Of a stretch of DNA of 64,000 bases, positions 20,003-28,735 are shown in pieces. Source of the DNA: an uncultured Hyphomicrobiales bacterium (lineage in GTDB: Bacteria; Bacteroidota; Ignavibacteria; Kapaibacteriales; UBA2268); the NCBI GenBank assembly GCA_964544155.1, contig CAZJAH010000008.1, forward strand, positions 3,674-67,673, in the 5' to 3' direction. Numbering within the stretch: position 1 is the first letter of the stretch; each line of letters opens with the position of its first letter. A program made the position numbers and the translations under genes. Below the pieces are notes generated by a model. The model was not told the DNA's origin, made no database searches, and worked only from the letters and a program-made list of their open reading frames with translations.

Positions 20003-20042
20003 GACTCGTTAGTCTTATTATTGAAACGGACATTGTAGTCCG
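20003..20042. promoter_or_regulatory. two inverted repeats (AGACTcgttAGTCT, CGGACattgtaGTCCG) in the divergent rrf2 / ferredoxin-hcp promoter region
   Basis: Palindromes read from the sequence, 60-100 nt upstream of the ferredoxin start. Candidate Rrf2/NsrR operators. Confidence 0.35.
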
Positions 20043-20101
20043 ATTATAAAAAGAAGAAAAGAATTAGATAAGTTTTAAATAAATATTACGGGTCATAAAA
20101 C

Positions 20102-20989
20102 ATGAAAAGAAAGATTATCAATATAAACGAAGAGCTTTGCGACGGATGCGGACTTTGCGTCCCCGAATGTAAGGAAGGCGCTTTGCAGATAATCGAAGGC
20201 AAGGCAAGGCTCATAAGCGACCTCTTCTGCGATGGGCTGGGCGCCTGCATTGGCCATTGCCCGCAGAATGCCATTACAATAGAGGAAAGAGAAGCCGGGC
20301 CATATGATGAAAGAAAAGTGCTCGATAGCATGGTCAAGCAGCCTGGAAGCGTACTTAAGGCTCACCTTAAGCACCTTAAAGAACACAATGCCATGGAATT
20401 CTTTAATGATGCCATTGATTATCTTAACGAAAAAAATATTCCGGTTCCTGAGCTTGAAGAGAAAAAGCCTAACGGTTTGGGACATCAAGGCGGCGGATGC
20501 CCGGGTAGCAAAATGTTCCAAATAGAAAGGCCTGCTTCAGAAATAACTGATAATAACGGCAGTGAAAATGCCGGGTTACGGTCGGAATTAAATCAGTGGC
20601 CGGTACAGCTGCATCTTGTAAATCCGAATGCACCGTATTTCAGGGGATCAGAGCTGGTTATCGTTTCAACCTGCGCACCGCTGGCCAATCCTAACATTCA
20701 CAAAGATTATATGAAAGGCAGAAGCGTTGTGGTAGCCTGCCCGAAACTTGATTACACCGCTCCCTACAAAGATAAGCTTAAGGATATCTACAGCATGGGG
20801 CAGACCCCGAAAGTCATTATTCTGAGGATGGAAGTTCCATGCTGCGGCGGGCTGACAAAATTCGCCTGTGATGCGGCCATCGAATCGGATAATGATGCAA
20901 TAATTGTTGAGGAACATGTCTTAACTATTAAAGGTGAATTAAAAAGAAAAGAAATTTTGATTAATAAAAGCGAGAAAGCACATGTCTGA
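20102..20989 (+). CDS. 2x[4Fe-4S] ferredoxin-domain protein with Cys-rich C-terminal domain
   Basis: CDGCGLCVPEC and CDGLGACIGHCP cluster motifs, plus further GGGCPGS / VPCCGG motifs. First gene of the operon with cupin and hcp. Confidence 0.6.
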   Translation: MKRKIININEELCDGCGLCVPECKEGALQIIEGKARLISDLFCDGLGACIGHCPQNAITIEEREAGPYDERKVLDSMVKQPGSVLKAHLKHLKEHNAMEFFNDAIDYLNEKNIPVPELEEKKPNGLGHQGGGCPGSKMFQIERPASEITDNNGSENAGLRSELNQWPVQLHLVNPNAPYFRGSELVIVSTCAPLANPNIHKDYMKGRSVVVACPKLDYTAPYKDKLKDIYSMGQTPKVIILRMEVPCCGGLTKFACDAAIESDNDAIIVEEHVLTIKGELKRKEILINKSEKAHV

Positions 20990-21311
20990 TAACTATGAAG
21001 CAATTAAAAAACCGCAAATGCTGGAAAACCTGACCGGATACCAGGATGGTACGGTAGCCAGCAGAACCCTGCTTAATAAAAAAAACGGAACGCTCACCAT
21101 ATTCGCGTTTGACCAAGGCCAGGGGCTGAGCGAGCATACAGCGCCTTTTGACGCCTTTGTTCAGATACTCGACGGCGAGGCGCTTATTACAATAGGCGGC
21201 GTAGAGCATGAATTAAGCAAAGGTATGAGCCTGCTTATGCCGGCGGATATACCTCACGCTCTCAAGGCCGTCAAAAAGTTCAAAATGCTTTTAACCATGA
21301 TAAAATCATAA
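20982..21311 (+). CDS. cupin-domain protein
   Basis: 109 aa with the cupin_2 pattern (TIFAFDQGQGLSEHTAPFDAFVQILDGEALITIGGVEHEL). Overlaps the upstream gene by 8 nt. Confidence 0.75.
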   Translation: MSDNYEAIKKPQMLENLTGYQDGTVASRTLLNKKNGTLTIFAFDQGQGLSEHTAPFDAFVQILDGEALITIGGVEHELSKGMSLLMPADIPHALKAVKKFKMLLTMIKS

Positions 21312-21345
21312 ATTTTGTAAACAGGAAAATCAGGAGAAAAAAATA

Positions 21346-22989
21346 ATGTTTTGTTTTCAATGCGAACAGTCACAAAAAGGCAATTGCCACTCATCGGTAG
21401 GTGTATGCGGTAAGGACGAAACCACTGCGGCATATCAGGACCTTCTGGTACATGTAACCAAAGGCATAGGCCAGTATGCTCACAGGATGAGGCAGCTCGG
21501 AGTAATCGATAATGAAATAGATATATTTGCCGTGGAAGCGCTCTTTACTACTGTAACTAACGTTAACTTCGATGAGCAGTCAGTAAAATTAATGGTAAAA
21601 AAAGGCGCGGAATTAAAAGAGCTAGCCAAAAGATTACATGAAGACGCCGCTAAAAAAGCCGGTAAAGAACCCGCAAGCCCCGGGGGCCCTGCTGAGTTTG
21701 AATTTATTGAGGATGACAAAGCACTTTTGAACTATTGGGAAAATATATCAATCGAAGAAAGAATGAAAGACGAGGGCAAGGTCATCACAAGCCTTAAAGA
21801 AACAATCTTGTACGGATTAAAAGGCCTCGCGGCTTATGCCGATCATGCTCTAATCCTGGATGTTTCCGATGATGACGTGTACGCGCGTATCCACGAAATT
21901 CTCAACTTTCTCACAGAAAATCACACTGCTGAAGAGCTTCTGGGAATGGCGCTTAAAACAGGCGAGCTGAACCTCAGAGTAATGGAACTTCTCGATTCGG
22001 CGCATACTTCAACTTACGGCCATCCCGAACCGGCTAAAGTCAGAATGACTCCGGTGAAAGGCAAAGCCATACTGGTATCAGGCCACGACATGAAAGACCT
22101 GGAAGAGCTACTCAAGCAAACAGAGGGTAAGGGAATAAATATTTATACGCACGGCGAAATGCTCCCGGCGCACGGTTACCCGGAACTCAGGAAATATAAA
22201 CACCTCGCCGGCAATTATGGCGGCGCCTGGCAGGATCAGCATAAGGAATTTGACGCCTTCCCCGGGTCTATTCTCATGACTACGAACTGCATCCAGAAGC
22301 CCAGGGCGGGTTATAAGGACAGGATATACACATGCGGCCTTGTTCAGTGGCCCGATGTGCACCACCTTAACGACAGGGATTTTTCACCGGTGATTGAAAA
22401 AGCACAGGAAATGGCAGGATTTGAAGAAGACACCGAAGCTAAATATTCATTCACAGGATTTGGCCATAACGCGGTTATGAATGTTGCCGATAAAGTTGTC
22501 GATGCTGTCAAAGCAGGCAAGATCAGGCATTTCTTCCTTGTCGGCGGATGCGACGGTGCCCGAAGCGGCAGAAACTATTATACGGAATTTGCCGAGAGCG
22601 CTCCCAAAGATACAGTTATCCTTACACTCGCCTGTGGTAAATTCAGATTTAACAAACTTGAATTTGGCGATATTGACGGCATTCCGAGGCTGCTCGATGT
22701 CGGACAGTGCAACGACGCATACTCTGCCATAAAGATAGCTCAGGCATTAGCGGACGCTTTTGATACAGACGTTAACAGCCTTCCTCTGTCACTCGTGCTT
22801 TCATGGTATGAGCAGAAAGCGGTAGCTATACTTCTGACTCTGCTGCACCTCGGCATAAAAGGTATCAGATTAGGCCCGACTCTGCCAAAATTCCTCGAGC
22901 CGGAAGTGATAGATATTCTCGTTAAGAATTATGATATTAAGCCCATTAAAACAGCGGAAGAAGATCTTAATGATATCCTTGCTGCTTAA
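21346..22989 (+). CDS. hcp: hybrid cluster protein (hydroxylamine reductase / NO-detoxifying Hcp)
   Basis: N-terminal MFCFQCEQSQKGNCHSSVGVCGK cubane-cluster Cys motif, 547-aa length, and conserved hybrid-cluster ligands downstream. Confidence 0.95.
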   Translation: MFCFQCEQSQKGNCHSSVGVCGKDETTAAYQDLLVHVTKGIGQYAHRMRQLGVIDNEIDIFAVEALFTTVTNVNFDEQSVKLMVKKGAELKELAKRLHEDAAKKAGKEPASPGGPAEFEFIEDDKALLNYWENISIEERMKDEGKVITSLKETILYGLKGLAAYADHALILDVSDDDVYARIHEILNFLTENHTAEELLGMALKTGELNLRVMELLDSAHTSTYGHPEPAKVRMTPVKGKAILVSGHDMKDLEELLKQTEGKGINIYTHGEMLPAHGYPELRKYKHLAGNYGGAWQDQHKEFDAFPGSILMTTNCIQKPRAGYKDRIYTCGLVQWPDVHHLNDRDFSPVIEKAQEMAGFEEDTEAKYSFTGFGHNAVMNVADKVVDAVKAGKIRHFFLVGGCDGARSGRNYYTEFAESAPKDTVILTLACGKFRFNKLEFGDIDGIPRLLDVGQCNDAYSAIKIAQALADAFDTDVNSLPLSLVLSWYEQKAVAILLTLLHLGIKGIRLGPTLPKFLEPEVIDILVKNYDIKPIKTAEEDLNDILAA

Positions 22990-23020
22990 AGGGCGATCAG
23001 CAAACTGACCCGTTATAAGA

Positions 23021-23058
23021 AAAGCCGTCTTCGGTATATCCGGGGCGGCTTTTAAATT
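23021..23058 (+). terminator. putative terminator after hcp
   Basis: Imperfect hairpin aaagccgtc..ggcggcttt followed by TTTTAAATT. Confidence 0.4.
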
Positions 23059-23173
23059 GATGTCTCTTAATATTAATATTTTTTCGGATATTTCTTTTAT
23101 CAGATTAAATCGGAACATCAAGGAAAATTAAAATTCAGTATGCTCAAATGGCTTGATTTCAGCAAGAATAATA

Positions 23174-25159
23174 TTAATAATCCACAGAACAAATTAAATC
23201 AATTATCATTTTTTTTCTTTTTTCATCTAATTTGCCCTTATTAATAGCGGAACGCTGGACAGCTAAAAATCTGAAAATTTTTATTTCATCTTCATTAGCA
23301 TATGAGCGACCGGGCAGTCTGTTATTTTTAATAACGAAATTTTGTAAGATGGAAAATTTTTCATCCCAACTCAACTTAATTTTATTGGTACTGAGCAATT
23401 TCTTGCCGTAGTTATGCTTTTTTAATCCAAAATACTCGTAGTTTAAGCAATCAAATCTTCTCTTATCTGCTCTTAAATTAGAAGTGATATATTTTTTATT
23501 TGTATCAAAGCTTTTTGTTACATAATCAACAATGTCATCGATATGTACCGGCTTTTTAGCTTTTATAATCAATTCTTCAGCTAATTCTCTTATGCTGCCC
23601 AGTTTCATATCGTCTCTATTTTTCCATTTTAATAATCCGAATATACTTTTACGGCTTATAGGTATGAAGCCTTTATCTCTTTTCATAGAATTTTTTAAAG
23701 ATAGAGCCGCTATCTGAATACCGGGATGAATCTCCTTAACTTTATCGATTATCTCTAAAATATGGGCCGGCCTGCCGATTAATTCTAAAGCTTCCAACGC
23801 ATATTGATACAGATGCATTTTTTTATTTTCTACAATATTAATTTTATGATCTGAAATAATCGTAGTGTCAAATTCATTTTTCAGAATATTAAAGGCTATA
23901 GTGTGTACTTGTTTTGTAGAATTATTGGCAAACAGAACATTTTTAAATGACTTTTCAATGATCAAGTCCACTGGCAGTGTATAGCTATTACTGACGGGCT
24001 GATTGTAAATTGAGTAAATCTTTTCAATAAATAATTCAAAGTCAAACCGGTTTGTTATGCGTTTACTAACTAAGTATAAGTTTTTCCAATTATGCGCCGT
24101 TTTCCTGTTAATATTATATAAAGTATTAATCTCCTTGCCAATTATATCATAATCATTTTTAATAAGAATATGAAGAAATTTTGCTATGCCACAATTATTG
24201 AAAAAAGTATTTTCATTATCATTAATTTTTGTTAGCAGTTTATTATCTATATGAATAAATTCAGATGAAAAATCGATATCGTAGAGGTTCCAAAATTTAT
24301 TTTCGATTAATCGCAGAAACAGAAAATTCTTATAATGCTTATTAAATAATGAATGCCTTATCTGCCTGATCCTTTCGTAGGTTTTACCGAATTCATCTGC
24401 AATAATATGTAAATCCTTATTGTCATATTTAAAAGCATTAATGCAGTAAAAAAGGATATAGCTCTGCAATTCAGTGAATAATACATTATTTTTAATCAAA
24501 TAAAAAACAGTTCCAAAATAAGGTAAGCCGCTTTTATAATCGTAATCATAAAATGAATCCAATCCTTTTTTGTCAATATGGAATTGATATTCCAGATATG
24601 AAATATACAAATGCTTTTTTATTTCATGATCTTTTTTATATGTATTTAATATATTTAATAAATTTTTATAGAACAAATAAAATTTTCTCAGTTCTTCTCT
24701 TATAATTCTTCTGGTAACCATTCTATCAATTTGATTTTTTAATAAAGCATAGGCATTATATAAATTATAAAAATCAATTTTTCCTTTTATCAGATACTGC
24801 AAAGCAGAAGAACTATTTACTGAAAGGTTTTTTACAACAATATTCATTATGTTATTTATGAACTGAATTGATTCATTGCTTATTTTTAGTATTTCATAAT
24901 AACGGTTTTTTATAGAATGGCTGACAAAATTTTCTGAACCATTTGGATGTAAGTTGTCATCGCATAAGTGTGATAAGATATTGTTGGTTTTAACACCGCA
25001 ATACCTCAATTCCAAAAAATTATTTTTTTCTAAATAATAATTCAGCAGAGAATTTAAATCTGATAATCCCGCAGTTTCGCAAACAGTTATTGCTCTCGCG
25101 TTTAGATGGTAATCTTCGTGGAGTTGGGTTAATGTTCTATTTTTATTGATAGTTGTCAC
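23174..25159 (-). CDS. AT-rich foreign-looking gene: mosaic DNA-binding protein (alpha-CTD-like HhH + sigma70-region-4-like HTH + 2x HARE-HTH + C-terminal helicase-associated HA domain)
   Basis: GC is visibly far lower than both flanks. The N-terminus (LNARAITVCETAGLSDLNSLL..LELRYCGVKTNNILSHL) resembles the RNAP alpha C-terminal domain. IADEFGKTYERIRQIRH resembles sigma70 region 4.2. Two HARE-HTH-like segments (HILEIIDKVKEIHPGIQIAALSLKNSMKRDKGFIPISRKSIFGLLKW and VHIDDIVDYVTKSF...YEYFGLK) are followed by an HA-like tail (WDEKFSILQNFVIKNNRLPG...LAVQRSAINKGKLDEKRKKMI). Domain calls are by eye. Confidence 0.6.
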   Translation of the reverse strand: MTTINKNRTLTQLHEDYHLNARAITVCETAGLSDLNSLLNYYLEKNNFLELRYCGVKTNNILSHLCDDNLHPNGSENFVSHSIKNRYYEILKISNESIQFINNIMNIVVKNLSVNSSSALQYLIKGKIDFYNLYNAYALLKNQIDRMVTRRIIREELRKFYLFYKNLLNILNTYKKDHEIKKHLYISYLEYQFHIDKKGLDSFYDYDYKSGLPYFGTVFYLIKNNVLFTELQSYILFYCINAFKYDNKDLHIIADEFGKTYERIRQIRHSLFNKHYKNFLFLRLIENKFWNLYDIDFSSEFIHIDNKLLTKINDNENTFFNNCGIAKFLHILIKNDYDIIGKEINTLYNINRKTAHNWKNLYLVSKRITNRFDFELFIEKIYSIYNQPVSNSYTLPVDLIIEKSFKNVLFANNSTKQVHTIAFNILKNEFDTTIISDHKINIVENKKMHLYQYALEALELIGRPAHILEIIDKVKEIHPGIQIAALSLKNSMKRDKGFIPISRKSIFGLLKWKNRDDMKLGSIRELAEELIIKAKKPVHIDDIVDYVTKSFDTNKKYITSNLRADKRRFDCLNYEYFGLKKHNYGKKLLSTNKIKLSWDEKFSILQNFVIKNNRLPGRSYANEDEIKIFRFLAVQRSAINKGKLDEKRKKMIIDLICSVDY

Positions 25160-25241
25160 ATCAATAATCCGAATAAAATAATAAGTTATGCAATAATATT
25201 AAAATTGTGGATAACTCACAAATTTATTTGGTAATGCAAAT

Positions 25242-25268
25242 AAAAAAAGGGCTGCTAAACAGCAGCCC
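25242..25268 (-). terminator. rho-independent terminator of the S8 protease gene (gggctgctaaacagcagccc + T-run on minus)
   Basis: Perfect 8-bp stem with a 4-nt loop and an A-run on the plus strand immediately 5' of it. Confidence 0.75.
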
Positions 25269-25297
25269 TTAATACATATCATCTATCAAAAGTATTG

Positions 25298-28200
25298 CTA
25301 TCTTTTGATCACTTTGCCGGTGAAGTAATTTTCGCCATTGCTTATAACAATGTGGTAAGTTCCCGCAGCCAGAGCTGATATATCAAGATCTCTTTTGTTC
25401 AGTCCTTTATTAAACATGTGGGTTTGTTTAACTGCAACTGAGCCTTTAGAATCATAAAGGTTTAATTCATATCTTCCCGGATTGCTTAGCTCCAGCTTAA
25501 GTGCGCATTTGCTATCCGAGGGGTTCGGGCTAATTTCAAAGCCGTTTCCAGGGCCTGCAGCGCTAACCACGGAAAGAGGCTCTTTAGCATAGGCTGAATA
25601 GTGTATGTCAATTTTCTGTGGATCGCCGTCAGTCGTAATTTCCAGAATGGCTTCTTTCGGGCCTTCCTTTTTTGGCGAGTATTTCAGGGTCAGGCTTGAT
25701 TGCAGCCCGGGTTGTATCGGGTTCTGAAACGGTGACGTTATGGTAAACTCATCTTCTTCCACAAATGAAGGAACTACAAGCTTAACATCCGTGACATTAA
25801 TATCAATATTACCGTTATTTTTTAATCTTACTATATCGAATTTAAACTTGTTTATCTCGAGGGTATCCAGGTCAACTTCTTCGGCGGTAAGAAGGCTGAT
25901 CTCATTATTAACGTTGTAAGGTACGCTGTAAAACTCAATGTAGGTCAGATATTTGCCGATCTGCCATAATCTGGAAGTGTTATCATTGCCGTCATCCGCC
26001 CCGATAGTATAATTGCCGGGAATATCCCTGGTAAGTTCAAAGCTCCAGGTTCTGCCTAAGTCTGTTGTTATCCATACATGGCCACGCTCGTCAAGCATAA
26101 TTAAAGATCTCGAGTTATCGGGCCCGTACAGATACACGGGGTACATTTTGCCGTTTATATTTTCACTGTCAACTTCCCAGCTGTTGCCTCCGTTTGTTGT
26201 TCTGGCTATATACTTAGGTTCGGAGCCGTCCGTTTCAATGCCTTCGGATATTATCGCCATACCGTTTTGAAGATCATAGAAAGCAATATCTCTTATATGC
26301 TTATTTTCAGAAATGGTTTTTACCTGCCATGTATTTCCTCTGTTCGAGGAAAAAATAATTCTTCCTTTATTGGTGCCGAACCAGATTTTATCATCGGAGA
26401 AATAGCAGGCATTTACATACCCGGCTTCATCCTGTAGTGGTTCTGGAAGATTTTCAAGCGCCGACCATCCCTGCCCGCCGTTCTGAGTTTTACCCACCCC
26501 CCATTTACCATTCTGGGGGTCACCAAGAAAAATGCCGTTATTTTCATCGAAGAAATAGATGTCATTAATAAAACCGGTAATATTTCCAACTTCCACATTA
26601 TTCCAGGTACTGCCGCCATTATAAGTGTAGAAGATTTTTGCCTGTTCCCGGCGGGTTTCCGTACCAAAATATTGCCTCGATGAGTTAAAAGCGTGGCTCG
26701 AATAAATGGGATCCTCGGCTAAAGCCTGTACATTGGCACCGCCTCCTGTAGTCCTGATATATACACCTCTGTTTGTGGATGAAAATCTAAGGAAACCGCC
26801 TATCAAAAGGCCGTTCATATCGAATGCGGAAGCGGTACTCCAACTAATGGACGGAGAATCTCTGAAGGAATAATTCGTGCCGAATTTATTATCAGTTTTT
26901 AAATTTATCGACAGCCTTACGAGCTGGTAGTCAAGATAGCCGTCGGCTTCATATTTGAGCAGAATATCGGCATAACCGTCGTACCATGGAGTGTTGCTGC
27001 CTAATGTGGCGTTTAGTTCTATGGAAGCTTCATCATCATTAAGTAAATCGCCTATAATGAAATCAGATACATCTATTGTCAGATAATCCTGAACGGGAGT
27101 TGCCGTTACAACAAGGTTTTTAGCGTCAGACAGATAGTTCTTTATTTTTGCAGTAAATTTTTTGACCTCACCGATGGTATTAAAATGCTCACCGTTGAAA
27201 GCAGTTTCATAAGCATAAACACCAGGTACGGCATTCGCTCCGTTTATTGGGTTATTCAGCGTAACGGCTTTAAGCGCGTCGGCAATACCATAGAATTGCG
27301 GTTTCTGTTCGTCGCTCACTCCTGCGAGTTCATTTGTGCAAGATCTTAGCTGCTGTATGATCTGCCTGGGAGTCCAGTCGGGATGAATTGATTTTATCAA
27401 AGCGGCTATGCCTGCCGCGACGGGGGAAGCCATTGAAGTGCCGGACTCTGATTTGTAGCTGTTATCCGGATAGGTTGAGTTTATACCCACGCCGGGAGAA
27501 TAAGCCGTAACAGAATAGCCGTAATTAAATGAATTTCTTCTATTACTTCTCGTGCCGCCAATTGTCGCTAAATTAGCGTACGATGAAGGATAGTGAGGTG
27601 AATCTTCAAGAGATACACCGTCATTACCGGCAGCGGCTATTACGACGGCTCCCATTTCGAATGCCGCGTTGATAATATCCTGTTCGGCCCGGCTGCCTCC
27701 TGAACCGCCCCAGCTGCAATTAATTATATCCGCGCCGTTTTCCGCGGCATACAGGATTGCGTCATATCCCCTGTATATACCGCCATACTGCGGATTATCG
27801 GAGGACAGCTTAAGGGGCATTATCGTACAATTAAATGCGGGCGATGCAATGCCTTTGCCATTATCAGTTATGGCCGCCGCGCAGCCGGCAACATGTGTAC
27901 CGTGGGATACATGTGTACTTGTCGGCTTGGGATCGTTATCTTCTCTAAAGGACCCGCCGGTGTAATTTCCTACAAAGTCCCAGCCTCTGATATCGTCCAC
28001 TTTGCCGTTGTTATCATTATCAATTCCGTCTCCGGGGATCTCGTCTTCGTTTACCCATATATTATCGGCGAGGTCTTCATGATCCCATTCAACCCCGGAA
28101 TCCGTTATGGCAATGATCACATCCTTGCTGCCCTTGGTTATTTCCCAGGCTTCGGGTAAATTTAAAGCATTTATGTGCCATTGATCCTTTAATCTCGGAT

Positions 28201-28663
28201 CGTTTGGTATATATTCATTCGTATATCGTATGAATATTGGATCGGCGTATTCTACTTCCGGATTTGTTTCCAGTTCAATACACGCGTCATAAGGATCTAC
28301 CGGTGAGTCATAAACAACTTCATATATTCTTGAAAGTGATGATGCAGTAGAGCTGCTTAAAAGTATGTTGCTTTCATATCTTTCATAGGGAGCTTTAATC
28401 GAAACGACATTCAATTTGCTCAGGTAGCTGTTCAATATTGACTCCGAAAGGGCTTTCTTGTTAACGATATGCTTTTTTCCCTTTAGTTTGATATGTATTC
28501 TATTTTGCTCATAATACTTTTGGTCTACTTTTTTAACCAGATTTGGCGATATATCCATATGCCGGTCCGGTGTATAATATCTTTCAGCATAATCGGCAAA
28601 TCCATTAATATTTACAAACGCAATAATCACAATCAAAAAAATAAGTTTATTAAATAAGGCCAT
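25298..28663 (-). CDS. subtilisin-like serine protease (S8) with BNR/Asp-box repeats and T9SS C-terminal sorting domain
   Basis: Catalytic-triad contexts AITDSGVEWDHEDL, HGTHVAGCAA and GTSMASPVAAG. Asp-boxes STNGGSTW, SSNRGNTW, TTNGGNSW, TTDLGRTW. C-terminal tail LYDSKGSVAVKQ...GTYHIVISNGENYFTGKVIKR. Signal peptide present. Confidence 0.9.
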   Translation of the reverse strand: MALFNKLIFLIVIIAFVNINGFADYAERYYTPDRHMDISPNLVKKVDQKYYEQNRIHIKLKGKKHIVNKKALSESILNSYLSKLNVVSIKAPYERYESNILLSSSTASSLSRIYEVVYDSPVDPYDACIELETNPEVEYADPIFIRYTNEYIPNDPRLKDQWHINALNLPEAWEITKGSKDVIIAITDSGVEWDHEDLADNIWVNEDEIPGDGIDNDNNGKVDDIRGWDFVGNYTGGSFREDNDPKPTSTHVSHGTHVAGCAAAITDNGKGIASPAFNCTIMPLKLSSDNPQYGGIYRGYDAILYAAENGADIINCSWGGSGGSRAEQDIINAAFEMGAVVIAAAGNDGVSLEDSPHYPSSYANLATIGGTRSNRRNSFNYGYSVTAYSPGVGINSTYPDNSYKSESGTSMASPVAAGIAALIKSIHPDWTPRQIIQQLRSCTNELAGVSDEQKPQFYGIADALKAVTLNNPINGANAVPGVYAYETAFNGEHFNTIGEVKKFTAKIKNYLSDAKNLVVTATPVQDYLTIDVSDFIIGDLLNDDEASIELNATLGSNTPWYDGYADILLKYEADGYLDYQLVRLSINLKTDNKFGTNYSFRDSPSISWSTASAFDMNGLLIGGFLRFSSTNRGVYIRTTGGGANVQALAEDPIYSSHAFNSSRQYFGTETRREQAKIFYTYNGGSTWNNVEVGNITGFINDIYFFDENNGIFLGDPQNGKWGVGKTQNGGQGWSALENLPEPLQDEAGYVNACYFSDDKIWFGTNKGRIIFSSNRGNTWQVKTISENKHIRDIAFYDLQNGMAIISEGIETDGSEPKYIARTTNGGNSWEVDSENINGKMYPVYLYGPDNSRSLIMLDERGHVWITTDLGRTWSFELTRDIPGNYTIGADDGNDNTSRLWQIGKYLTYIEFYSVPYNVNNEISLLTAEEVDLDTLEINKFKFDIVRLKNNGNIDINVTDVKLVVPSFVEEDEFTITSPFQNPIQPGLQSSLTLKYSPKKEGPKEAILEITTDGDPQKIDIHYSAYAKEPLSVVSAAGPGNGFEISPNPSDSKCALKLELSNPGRYELNLYDSKGSVAVKQTHMFNKGLNKRDLDISALAAGTYHIVISNGENYFTGKVIKR

Positions 28664-28735
28664 ATAACCCCCAGTGTTTATATTAATTCATAATTTATGA
28701 TATCTAAATATGTTCTTAATTTTTTAATCTTACAG

